Assembly (NCBI GenBank): GCA_050115495.1
Contig: JASFQK010000012.1
Coordinates: 1-64,000 of the forward strand
DNA: 64,000 bases
Origin: Phycisphaerae bacterium
GTDB lineage: Bacteria > Planctomycetota > Phycisphaerae > UBA1845 > Fen-1342
Direction of reading: 5' to 3'
In this document: piece after piece, positions 21,501-29,554 of the stretch
Position numbering within the stretch: the stretch's first letter is position 1
Layout: each line of letters opens with the position of its first letter
Program-made: the position numbers and the translations under genes
The notes under the pieces: generated by a model
Databases searched by the model: none
What the model was told of the DNA's origin: nothing
The model's input: only the letters and a program-made list of their open reading frames with translations

Positions 21501-21969
21501 GTACAGCGACGTCGAAGGTGGTTGGGGCGGCGAAGGCAATATTGACGCCGATCCTCTCTTCCTGGCGGGACCAGCCACGTGCCAGTACTTGTGCCAACAC
21601 GCCGCCGGCCAGCCCGTGCAAAGCCCGTGCGTGGATGCGGGACGAAGTGACGTGTTCGACCCTGTTACACGGACAACCCGCACGGACGAGGCTCCGGACA
21701 CCGGGGCCGTTGACATGGGCTATCACGCCCAGGTACTGGGCATTCCGCACCTCTTCGGCGATTACACGCGGGACGGCGTTGTCACGTTTGCTGACTTCAG
21801 CAGCACGTACACCGCCACGTTCGTTTCCTGCTTCACTGGGCCATGCGGCGATCCTGTGTGTCTGCCGTTCCTGTATTCGTATTCCTGTTGCAGTACAGGC
21901 GACTCTGAGACAGACGGCGACATCGACCTGGCGGACTTCGCGGAATTTCAGCGAGCGTTTCAGGAGTAG
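18526..21969 (+). CDS. Secreted protein: 14 RCC1/BLIP-II-like repeats + right-handed beta-helix (Pmp-like) + dockerin-like C-terminus
   Basis: Signal peptide; 14x (G/D)SxxxWG units with HSLGLKSDG and GQCDVP; DGLSWATAYRHLQDAL; GGA(M/V)..F..N repeats; GDSETDGDIDLADFAEFQRAF. Confidence 0.9.
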   Translation: MMSSVGKTFRAIICCALFALLVPPALMADNGDGSIVGWGSQVVGTGLSRDFVTIAAACHHSLALRADGSIAAWGWNLDVYGDYFGQCNVPAPNSDFVAVAVGRYHSLGLKSDGSIVAWGCDSQGQCEVPEPNTDFVAIAAGWYHSLGLKSDGSIVAWGYNHNGQCDVPSENTDFVAVSAGHEHSLGLKLDGSIVAWGYNPYGQCDVPAPNSGFVAVTGGGGHSIGLKSDGSIVAWGYNPYGQCDVPAPNSDFVAVAGGGIHTVGLKSDGSIVTWGNNEYSQCDVPTPSADFVAVSAGYRHSLGLRADGSVVAWGWNEYAQCDAPAPNESFTAVAGGDEHSLGLRTDGSIVAWGLNMWDACEVPAPNTDFVAIAAGEGYSLGLKSGGSIVSWGLSAIGQCDVPEPNSDFVAISAGHNHSLGLRTDGSIVGWGSNAYSKCAVYEPNSGFVAVSAGCEHSLGLRGDSVVAWGYNNWGQCNVPTPNTDFVKIAAGGMHSLGLKSDGSIVAWGWNEYGQCSVPAPNMDFVGVAAGSRHSLGLKSDGSIVAWGDNVAGQCDVPTPNTGFVDVAAFVGYDGRSSLALKAPTQQIALHVDDDAPLGGDGLSWATAYRHLQDALLYAMNNGDVVEIHVAQGMYRPDQDEAGVVTPFDQTATFQLPDGVSLLGGYAGLGEPDPDFRDVESQPTILGGDLAEDDPALGDNSYHVVDGSGTTNACLLDGFVIVGGNADTAAHDLGDHGGGMIVVYGDGPTIYQCVFHDNYAAFGGGAMFTEGGTSTAVTSCLFYGNEAGDWGGAVYNCCNGASFTDCQFSSNESQSGGAMFNFGPGNWEISSCAFTSNIASAGGGAMINQNGANPAITSTSFWSNTTQGGGGALQSWQSAPTFSDCAFVGNSAASPAGGEDGGVLENADGSHAEFVNCYFFANTANDWGGVISSEGGSSFSLTNCTLVWNNANTGGALANGSDSTASAVNCIFWDNFAAVGPQIADGDGTVTVTYSDVEGGWGGEGNIDADPLFLAGPATCQYLCQHAAGQPVQSPCVDAGRSDVFDPVTRTTRTDEAPDTGAVDMGYHAQVLGIPHLFGDYTRDGVVTFADFSSTYTATFVSCFTGPCGDPVCLPFLYSYSCCSTGDSETDGDIDLADFAEFQRAFQE
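18616..20270 (+). repeat. ~117-bp (39-aa) intragenic tandem repeat array
   Basis: e.g. 19081-19185 and 19198-19302 are nearly identical at a period of 117 bp. Confidence 0.9.
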
Positions 21970-22282
21970 TCGAGTCTTTCCCGTGGATGGATTCGCGCAT
22001 GAGGGAGACGCACAACCTCCGGCAGGAAGTTCCGGCCCTGGCCGGTCACCACGATTCGCGATCCGGGCCGCGAGTAGAGCAGATGGGCGGGAGATTACGA
22101 AGACAGGTGAAGGCAGACCCACGCCTATCGAGCGGCGTGCGTGGCTGCCGGTTGGGTTCGCTCGTCTGCGGTCGACTGCTCCGTTGTTCACCTGTTTCTG
22201 CAACGGCGCGGCGGCAGTTCTGGTCGTCGGATGGACCAGCCTGGCTAACCGCCGGCGGCGGCCGGAACGCCGGGCACTCGGT

Positions 22283-22440
22283 TTACGGTTGACCCCGCGC
22301 GGCGCGGCCTTCCGCCGACCAGACGTAGAGCATCCCTTCCAGTGTGCCGGCCCACATCAGGTCGCCGGCTCCGCCGAGGCGGCGGATGTGGCCGGTGAGT
22401 CGGCGCGTCCAGTGGGGCGCACCGGCGTTGACGCCGCAAG
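22283..22440 (-). pseudogene. Possible C-terminal remnant of a PQQ/WD40-type propeller gene
   Basis: Hand translation: ..APHWTRRLTGHIRRLGGAGDLMWAGTLEGMLYVWSAEGRAARGQP*; no convincing start; strong hairpin at 22461-22495. Confidence 0.4.
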
Positions 22441-22871
22441 TGCGTCGCCGGTAACCTCGCCCCTGGCGTCACCCGACCGGCTGGTGACGCCGGGGTCTTC
22501 GTGCTGGAGTGTCTGTGCGCGTGGGGACCGCCGTCATCCTGGTCATGTGTTTGGCGAGCGTCGGCTACGGCTCGTGGCTGATCTGCCTACCGTTCAGTGG
22601 TTACGAAATGTGCTTCTTTTCGCAGACCTGCTCGCACAAGATCGGATTCGATGATGGGAAGAGCAGTCATGCACGACAGACACGTGTGGAGGGCGGCGCA
22701 GACCCTGGCAAACAAGATCAGTAATGCGATACGTCCTCCCATTGGGACCTTCGGTACAACGCATGCACACTCGAAAAGGGAGGCTTGCTGCTGGTGCCCA
22801 CGATTTCAGGCGGTTCTGAATTGGGTTGGTATTTCTGATGGGGAGTTTCTCTCAGTGAGAGGGGTCGGACA

Positions 22872-23351
22872 ATGGGCAAAGTGATTGCTGCGATTACGGG
22901 CCTACTGTTGCTGGGTGGGTGTGATTCTTCCATGCAGACCAACGCCGGCGCGGGGCCGAGTCTCTGGGCGGCGGAGGAATTCAGTGTTCGGTTGCGCAGC
23001 GAGTGTGACCAGGTGGGATACGTTGTCGCCTATCGAGGTTCTCTGGGATACGTGAGAACAAAGGGCCTGCAGCCCGCGTATGAGGCGGGTCAATGGGACG
23101 TATTTCTGTGGAAAACTCGAAGCAAGGAGGGCTTGGCAACTGAGCTTATGCGGGAGGAGGATGTTGCATCGTTGCAGGTCGTTAGATCTGCTGGATGCGA
23201 TGAGAAGGTGGCTATCGTACGCATCAACGGGGAGCCCATGCATTTCAGAATCAAAGGGCAGAGTCTTGACTGGCAGCTTCCCGGAACACAGATAACCGTC
23301 GCGGGATTGCTCGAGTTGTGCTCGGACAGGCCGGCTCCGCCCGTTGAATGA
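22872..23351 (+). CDS. Hypothetical lipoprotein (visibly lower GC)
   Basis: MGKVIAAITGLLLLGGC lipobox; GAGAGGGG upstream. Confidence 0.65.
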   Translation: MGKVIAAITGLLLLGGCDSSMQTNAGAGPSLWAAEEFSVRLRSECDQVGYVVAYRGSLGYVRTKGLQPAYEAGQWDVFLWKTRSKEGLATELMREEDVASLQVVRSAGCDEKVAIVRINGEPMHFRIKGQSLDWQLPGTQITVAGLLELCSDRPAPPVE

Positions 23352-23373
23352 GAGGGGTCTGAATGAGCGAGCA

Positions 23374-24660
23374 TCAGTCGCGCGGCTGTCGCCGGACGAT
23401 CGGCGTGTAATCGAACGAGATGCGATACGCCGTCCGCCAGATTGGGAAACGCACGCTCAGACGGAAGCCGTCGAAGTCCTCGCGTTTCAGGCCCGCGCGG
23501 TCGAACAGCTCGTGGGTCAGCTCTGTGATGCGCGGATAGGCCGGATCGCTGATGCGATTGAGGTCCTTGGACAGGACCGTCAGCGTGGGGTTCAGCGACA
23601 ACTGGCTGAGCCAGCGTGTCGATTGACCGGTCTCGAAGTCCGGGTTCCAGGTGTGGCAGCCGACCGTCGGTATCGAGGCGTGCTTCATCAGACTGCGGTG
23701 CAGGTAGCGATCGAAGATCAGGTGCCGGGCCGGGTAGTTCACGAGCTGCCACGCTTCCGAGGCGTGCGGCGGGTCGAGCAGCGGATTGTGCTTCGGGTCG
23801 ACGAATCGCACGGCGGTGACGACGTCGATGCTGCCGCCGTCGCGAAAGGACTGCGGATCGATGATGTGCACGACGCCCTGCCGAAACCCCGTTTTGCCCC
23901 CGACGACGATTGGTAGCGGATGCGAGCTGAACTCCGGCAGAACGCAGTTCCAGTTGCGACCGACCGCCGGCCGGCCCTGCACGCTGGTCACGGGCGGCGA
24001 CTTCGCGTCCCGGTCGTCCGTGGGATCGTAGAGGTTCCAAAGCGCCAGTGGCCGCGCCCGGGCCTGCGCGCGGAAGCCGATCATGCCCCGGCCGTAGATC
24101 GTCTCGATGTGCGCAGGGTTTCGCGCATTGAGGAAGTCCAGCCCGATCTGGAACTGCACGTCTGACTCGCACCCTTCGAGCAGCAGTGCGTTCTCATGCA
24201 TTCGTTCGGCGATGCCATCGTCGATGCCGCCGGGCGCTGCCTCCTTGTTGGAGGTAGGGACGGCGTTGGCCAACGCGCGGCGGAGACCGGCCTGGCTGCG
24301 GAAGGTCTGGCGCACGTACTCGTCGGCCAGGTCGATCGCCGCCTGCAGACCGACGAGCCGCTGCTCATCCGTACCGGCCTCGCGCAGCGCCTTGACGAAA
24401 CGCCGCATGCCATCTGCTCCCGGCAGTTGGGCGAGGCGTTCGATCGGCTCGCCGCTACCCTGGTTCACGCCGGTGAGGATGCGGTGGCAACTGGACTTGT
24501 CGAGCGTGAGCCTCTTGGCGAGCTGCGTGGCGGTGCAGTCCGCGGTGGGCAGGACATACATGACGCGTTTGAGCTCGGCGAGCAGGCGCGTGCCGAGGCG
24601 GTTGCCACGCTGGCGATCAGCGTCTTTGAGAACTTCTTGTCCTCGATCTTCCCGGCTCAT
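23374..24660 (-). CDS. Hypothetical protein with N-terminal HTH-like segment (putative regulator)
   Basis: TATQLAKRLTLDKSSCHRIL; 428-aa ORF with typical codon use, divergent from the PEP-CTERM gene. Confidence 0.7.
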   Translation of the reverse strand: MSREDRGQEVLKDADRQRGNRLGTRLLAELKRVMYVLPTADCTATQLAKRLTLDKSSCHRILTGVNQGSGEPIERLAQLPGADGMRRFVKALREAGTDEQRLVGLQAAIDLADEYVRQTFRSQAGLRRALANAVPTSNKEAAPGGIDDGIAERMHENALLLEGCESDVQFQIGLDFLNARNPAHIETIYGRGMIGFRAQARARPLALWNLYDPTDDRDAKSPPVTSVQGRPAVGRNWNCVLPEFSSHPLPIVVGGKTGFRQGVVHIIDPQSFRDGGSIDVVTAVRFVDPKHNPLLDPPHASEAWQLVNYPARHLIFDRYLHRSLMKHASIPTVGCHTWNPDFETGQSTRWLSQLSLNPTLTVLSKDLNRISDPAYPRITELTHELFDRAGLKREDFDGFRLSVRFPIWRTAYRISFDYTPIVRRQPRD

Positions 24661-24723
24661 GGCCCTATCTAACCCGATTTTCCCAACGAAATCCAGCGCA
24701 AATGTCGTCTTCGAGCATACGTC

Positions 24724-24774
24724 TCAGAAATTCTGAAATATTTCTTGACACACCGGATCGGCAAACGCTATCCT
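24724..24774 (+). promoter_or_regulatory. Sigma70-type promoter with adjacent palindromic operator(s)
   Basis: TCAGAA-A-TTCTGA (24724-24736), GAAATATTTC (24735-24744), then TTGACA (24745-24750)-N18-TATCCT (24769-24774). Confidence 0.6.
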
Positions 24775-24836
24775 GCGGAGGTTGTGTCCGAACCGCACCA
24801 TTCCCCGAGTACTTAGCAAGGAGCAGAGGAGAGAAC

Positions 24837-25460
24837 ATGGCTCATCGTTCACGATTCGCCCGGCATGGGCTGCATCTGGGACTTGCGACTGTCGCCTGCC
24901 TGATCATCGCCATCCCCGCCGCCCCCGCAGCCTTCATCCACTTCGATCCTGCCACCCCGATCGCGATTCCCCCGTCGACCGACACCGGCTACTACATGAA
25001 CGTGACCAACGGCGACTTCGGACCCATGGGCACCGTCGAGAATCCCAGTATCGGCTGGTACACGACGATGTCCGGCGTCCTCCCGATGCTGCACTTCGGC
25101 GTGCCAACTGGCAGCGGCAGCGGCTATCAGGGCGCCCTGCTCAACAGCCCGCTGAACCTCGCCCCGGGCACCTACATCGGTCCGGATTCCGCCTTCTACA
25201 ACGGCACAGGCCTGGGGGCCGCCTTCCACCAGACCGGCACGGAGATCGCCGGTTTTCGCTTCATCAACCATGACACCAACGTGTACAACTACGGCTGGAT
25301 TCGCGTCACGACTACGTCCGGCGGGGGCTACCCGGCGGCGATTCTCGATTGGGGTTACGACGATACGGGTGCCCCGGTCTTCGCCGGTCTTGTCCCCGAA
25401 CCGGGTACCGCGGCGAGCTTCGTCCTGGTTGGCGCCCTCTGCCTGATGCGCCGCCGTTAG
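24837..25460 (+). CDS. PEP-CTERM sorting-domain protein
   Basis: Signal peptide; YNYGWIRV..DWGYDDTGAPV; VPEPGTAASFVLVGALCLMRRR; SD AGGAGAG. Confidence 0.92.
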   Translation: MAHRSRFARHGLHLGLATVACLIIAIPAAPAAFIHFDPATPIAIPPSTDTGYYMNVTNGDFGPMGTVENPSIGWYTTMSGVLPMLHFGVPTGSGSGYQGALLNSPLNLAPGTYIGPDSAFYNGTGLGAAFHQTGTEIAGFRFINHDTNVYNYGWIRVTTTSGGGYPAAILDWGYDDTGAPVFAGLVPEPGTAASFVLVGALCLMRRR

Positions 25461-25570
25461 ATCTTACGCCGAGTCTTCTGAAACGCTCTGCGGGGCACGA
25501 ACTTCGCGCGAAGTCCGTGCCCCGCCGACTTCTCCCAGCAAGGGCATGTCTGCGTCGTGCCGGCGGCGTT

Positions 25571-25897
25571 CTACTCAGGCAGGTCGTCCAGGATCGTGCG
25601 CATGTGCCGGCGATATTCGCGCAGTGCGGTGCGGCCGGCGTCGGTGATGCGCAGCGATGTGCGGGGTTTGCGCTTCACGAACTCCTTCTCGACCACGACG
25701 TAGCCGGCAGTCTCCAGCTTGGTCACGTGCGATGAGACGTTCCCCCAGGACAGCCCCGTCTGCGACACCACAAACGTGAAGTCGGCGCTCTCCACGACGG
25801 AGAGCAGCGCCATGATGTGCAGGCGCGCGGGCTCGTGGATCAGACGATCCACCGCGCCCGGCGACTCGTCCTGGTGACCATCATCCACGGCGGTCAT
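25571..25897 (-). CDS. Winged-HTH transcriptional regulator (HTH_34/MarR-like)
   Basis: DRLIHEPARLHIMALL, GNVSSHVTKLETAGYV, KPRTSLRITDAGR. Confidence 0.9.
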   Translation of the reverse strand: MTAVDDGHQDESPGAVDRLIHEPARLHIMALLSVVESADFTFVVSQTGLSWGNVSSHVTKLETAGYVVVEKEFVKRKPRTSLRITDAGRTALREYRRHMRTILDDLPE

Positions 25898-26546
25898 CTT
25901 CCGACGGCTCCTTCGGCTCGTGAATGACAGGGTGGCTGCGCAGGAACCGCGTCAGGACAACTGCGCCCATCGCGATGACGACCGCCGCGCCGGCGGCCCG
26001 GAAGACCAGTGGCCCCGGATCGAGGCCCCCTGCCTCGCGACACAGCGTGCGCACCACCTCCGGCAAGGCGAACATCACGGCGATCACGTACAGCCGGCGA
26101 TAGTCCAGGATGAACGCCGGCACGCCGAAGAGCAGCAGGAAGAAAACGCCGAGCAGGACGGGCGATACGAACGGCGACAGGGCTTCGCCGAAGAGACTTC
26201 GCTGTCTGGCCGCCGCGACGAGCGTCACGGCGAAGGTCACGTTCACCAGGACGGCCACGATGCCGATGGCCCAGGCCGCTCGCGTCATTCTCCGTCGACC
26301 GAAGCGGACTTGTCCCGCCCGCGGGATCGCGATGCGGCGCCGAGCCGCGAAGAAGGTCGCCGCCAGCATCGCGTAACCGCAGAGGTTGATCGCCGTCATC
26401 ACCGGTTTGGACAGATCCGTGCGGGCCAGCAGGCCGATCACCCCCCACCACAGCAGCAGCACGCCCAGGGCCAGATCGAGCAATCCGTTTTCGATGACGG
26501 ACTGCCAGGCTCTTCTCTCGATGCCCATGAAGTCAAGCTCTTGCAC
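25881..26546 (-). CDS. Multi-TM membrane protein coupled to the wHTH regulator
   Basis: GTG at 26546 after AGGGAGA; NGLLDLALG and PRAGQVRF motifs, ~6 TM. Confidence 0.75.
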   Translation of the reverse strand: MQELDFMGIERRAWQSVIENGLLDLALGVLLLWWGVIGLLARTDLSKPVMTAINLCGYAMLAATFFAARRRIAIPRAGQVRFGRRRMTRAAWAIGIVAVLVNVTFAVTLVAAARQRSLFGEALSPFVSPVLLGVFFLLLFGVPAFILDYRRLYVIAVMFALPEVVRTLCREAGGLDPGPLVFRAAGAAVVIAMGAVVLTRFLRSHPVIHEPKEPSEDDRRG

Positions 26547-26581
26547 GCTGTCTCCCTGCCTGAGCCGCGGCTCCGCCAGCA

Positions 26582-28060
26582 TCATGGGCTGGTCACGCGC
26601 ACGGCTCTCTGCGGGTAGAGCAGCGGGAGCCGCAGCAGCACGTGCGAGACGTTGCCATGTTTGTCGCGGACGAACTCGAAGTGCCGGCGTGAGCCGCTGT
26701 CGAAGTGGAATTCCGTGTCGCTCGCCGGCAGCAGTGGCCGCCGGCGGCCGAGGGCGGGTTGCACCCACCAGAGCTGTCCGGACTCCAACTCGAAGACCCA
26801 CTCGGCACCGCCGTGTGCCAGGAATCCCTCATCGTCGGGAACGCGGTACGTGCCCGCCAGGGATTCGAGGATCTTCGTGTCCACGGTGACCGGCTCCGGC
26901 GGAGCGAGCGGCTGACCCAAAGCGATTGCCGTCAGGTCGGCGGCCACGTCGGACACGCCCCGGGGATGGCGGGGGTTGTTCGACAGCACGATGACGTGCA
27001 GATCCTCGTCGGGCACGATCACAGCTTGCGTGGCGAAGCCGTGTATTCCGCCGGCGTAGACGATGATCCGGTGACCGAGGAAGTCGCTGATGCCGCAACC
27101 ACAGGCCACGGGGACTTCCTTGCCGTTATTGAGCCGGAAACGCGTCAGGGCGCGGCCCAGCGTGTCCTTGCTGATGAGCTTGCCACCCAGGTACGCCTGA
27201 TCCCAGCGGTACAGGTCGTCCACGGTCGACACGTGGCCGCCGGCGGCGTAGGGCTCGCTCATGTTCAGAAACCGGGCGTTGTTGTATCCGCCGTCGCCGG
27301 AGGGTTCATAGCCGGCGGCCCGGTTGGGGATGATCGGGAGGTGGCCGCCGTACCGTGTGCTCTTCATCCCCGCTGGCGTGAAGATCTTTTCCTGCACGAA
27401 GTCCTGGTACGACTGCCCGCTGACCTTCTCGATGATCACGCCGAGCAGAATGTAGTTCGAATTGCTGTAGGCGAAGCCGTCGCCGGGTTTGAATTCGAGC
27501 GGCTTGTCCTTGAAGAGGTTGATGAGGCCCTGAGGTGTGATGTCGTCGTGCCAGCCCTCCTGCATCTTGGGCAGGTTCAGGTAATCCCAGATGCCGGACG
27601 TATGCGCGACCAAGTGCCTGATCGTGATCTTCTCGCCGTGCGTGGGGTAGTCCGGAAGGTACTGCGTGATGTCGTCGTCCAGGCTGAGCCGGCCCTGCTC
27701 CTCCAGCATCAGAATGGCCGTGGCGGTGAAGAACTTGGTCATCGAGCCGACGCGGAACACGGACTCCGGCGTGATGCGGATGTCGTGCTCCAGATTCGCC
27801 ATGCCGTAGCCCTTGCGAAGCACGACGTCGCCGCGCTGGACGACCAGCACCGCTGCGCCGGGTTCGTCGGCCGGGTAGATCGAGGATAGGTGTTTGTCGA
27901 GCTTCGCGGCGATGTCTACCGGGCCGTCGTCGGCGCGGACCGCCGACACGAGCAGCGCGAGGAAGAATAGACACGCGATCAAAGCCAGCAGCGTGCGGCG
28001 TGCGTGGCGGGGACCGGTCGTGATTAAGTGTCGATCGGCCGGAGCGCTTCGGTTTGGCAT
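26582..28060 (-). CDS. Serine hydrolase, beta-lactamase class C / CubicO family, with C-terminal DUF3471-like domain
   Basis: FRVGSMTK (SxxK), YSNSNY, HTSG; the usual HxG motif reads YAG; signal peptide. Confidence 0.9.
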   Translation of the reverse strand: MPNRSAPADRHLITTGPRHARRTLLALIACLFFLALLVSAVRADDGPVDIAAKLDKHLSSIYPADEPGAAVLVVQRGDVVLRKGYGMANLEHDIRITPESVFRVGSMTKFFTATAILMLEEQGRLSLDDDITQYLPDYPTHGEKITIRHLVAHTSGIWDYLNLPKMQEGWHDDITPQGLINLFKDKPLEFKPGDGFAYSNSNYILLGVIIEKVSGQSYQDFVQEKIFTPAGMKSTRYGGHLPIIPNRAAGYEPSGDGGYNNARFLNMSEPYAAGGHVSTVDDLYRWDQAYLGGKLISKDTLGRALTRFRLNNGKEVPVACGCGISDFLGHRIIVYAGGIHGFATQAVIVPDEDLHVIVLSNNPRHPRGVSDVAADLTAIALGQPLAPPEPVTVDTKILESLAGTYRVPDDEGFLAHGGAEWVFELESGQLWWVQPALGRRRPLLPASDTEFHFDSGSRRHFEFVRDKHGNVSHVLLRLPLLYPQRAVRVTSP

Positions 28061-28085
28061 CGTTGCGGTCTCCCTTCCTGGCGGA

Positions 28086-29201
28086 TTAGTCGGCCGCGAC
28101 AGTCTCATGAATCCAGTCGGAGATCGTCTTCAGCACGCCGGGGGCGAGCTGTTCTTTCGGCAGCGTGGCGTATTCCGACATACTCCCGGACTCCGCTTCC
28201 AGGAACAGGTGGTTGACGCAGGGGAGCACGTGGACGGTCAGCTTGCGGTTGCCGCCGCGGCGCAGGGCCTCTTCGAGTCCGGCGCGGTTCTGCGCTGCGT
28301 CGCATTGCACGTCGAGTTCGGCGAACAATGCCAGAACCGGCGCTTTGACCTTCGCCCAGTCCTCGGCGGCGTTGTGCGAGAGGAGGTACCGGTAGCGTTG
28401 CGAGCGGAATACCTCCATGGCCTGGGCCGCCTTCTTCGCCGCGATGTTCCTCGGATCACGCAGCAGCGCCTTCTTCCAAGCCGGCAGCTTCTCGATTCTC
28501 TTCAACGTGATCTCGCGGACCACACGCTCCGCTTCCGCCCAATCCTCGTGTAGCACGAGCTTGAAGAGCCTCTCCTGGTCCCGAAGCAGCTCCGCGACTT
28601 CGTCCTCGCTCATGCCTTCCGCTTCGGCCGAACGGCGGGCCTGTTGCAGCAGCAGCTTGATCCCCTCGACCGCCGGCCCGCCCAGCGATACCACGAAAGC
28701 CACCCGGTCATCGCGGGCCGCGACCAACGCCGCGATGAGGGCCCCTTCGCTGTGACCGAGCAGACCGACCTTGCCGGCGTCGATATCCCCACGCTGTCTC
28801 AGGAAGGCGAGCGCCGCGGCGGCGTCCTGCACGAAGTCGTCTTCGGTGGCGTCCAGATAGTCACCGGTCGAATCGCCCACGCCGCGGTCGTCGTAGCGCA
28901 GGACGGCGACGCCCTGCCGCTGAAGATGATCCGCGATCAGTTGAAACGGCGCGTAGCCGGGGAACATCCGCATGCTGCCGTTGCGGTCCTGCGGTCCGCT
29001 GCCGCTGATGAGTACCACCGCGGGATGTGGGCCCTGCCCTTCCGGAACGACCAGCGTGCCGGCGAGGGTTGCGGAACCGCTACGGAAAGTCACGTCCTCC
29101 TGGTTGCCGCGGTCGGCGGCGTGCGCGAACACCGCCGGCAGGAACGCCAGCGCCAGGATGCCGGCGACGCCAAAATGGTGGCGAGATCGAGGATGAATCA
29201 T
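28086..29201 (-). CDS. Exported alpha/beta hydrolase (S9/S15-like)
   Basis: ISGSGPQDRN, RYDDRGVG, GHSEG, ELDVQ, NHLF. Confidence 0.9.
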   Translation of the reverse strand: MIHPRSRHHFGVAGILALAFLPAVFAHAADRGNQEDVTFRSGSATLAGTLVVPEGQGPHPAVVLISGSGPQDRNGSMRMFPGYAPFQLIADHLQRQGVAVLRYDDRGVGDSTGDYLDATEDDFVQDAAAALAFLRQRGDIDAGKVGLLGHSEGALIAALVAARDDRVAFVVSLGGPAVEGIKLLLQQARRSAEAEGMSEDEVAELLRDQERLFKLVLHEDWAEAERVVREITLKRIEKLPAWKKALLRDPRNIAAKKAAQAMEVFRSQRYRYLLSHNAAEDWAKVKAPVLALFAELDVQCDAAQNRAGLEEALRRGGNRKLTVHVLPCVNHLFLEAESGSMSEYATLPKEQLAPGVLKTISDWIHETVAAD

Positions 29202-29328
29202 GCCGGCTCTCCGAGGGGCCCATGCGATTGCCGCCGAGAAAGCCTCGGCGGTGCAATAGAGATCCGATAAACGCCCAGTTTCCAGCCGCAGAAAACATCA
29301 CTTGCCGCTGTCTTGCCCATGCTGTATA

Positions 29329-29383
29329 CTTTGTACGACAAAGCTCACTGTGTTGAATATAGCACAGGAACCGGTCATGTCAA
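29329..29383 (-). promoter_or_regulatory. Promoter of the hydrolase-wHTH operon with downstream palindromic operator
   Basis: Minus strand TTGACA (29383-29378)-N16-TATATT with TGn extension; perfect dyad CTTTGT-ACG-ACAAAG at 29329-29343. Confidence 0.7.
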
Positions 29384-29554
29384 ACGAATTCCAGCGGGCG
29401 ACGCGGCCAGGACCCGCCGCGAGTCGCTCAGCGCCGGCACGGCGGCATATGACAGCTACGAGCGTGATCTGACGGATTACCTGAGTTGCGGGTCTTCAAG
29501 AGATCCTCCGCCGGGACGCCGCCCGAGGGCCGGCTGGAAAGGAAAGGCTCTGCC

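Noticed and set aside
18001..21969. Diversity-generating retroelement (Avd-like fragment beside a variable ligand-binding protein)
   Set aside because: No reverse transcriptase, no non-coding TR/VR pair, and differences between repeats are not adenine-specific.
29480..29554. Second copy of the 50244 leader before GNAT1 (shares GGACGCCGCC and TGGAAAGGAA)
   Set aside because: No first hairpin, no anti-SD tract and no matching protein domain; the similarity can be explained by high GC plus a strong SD.
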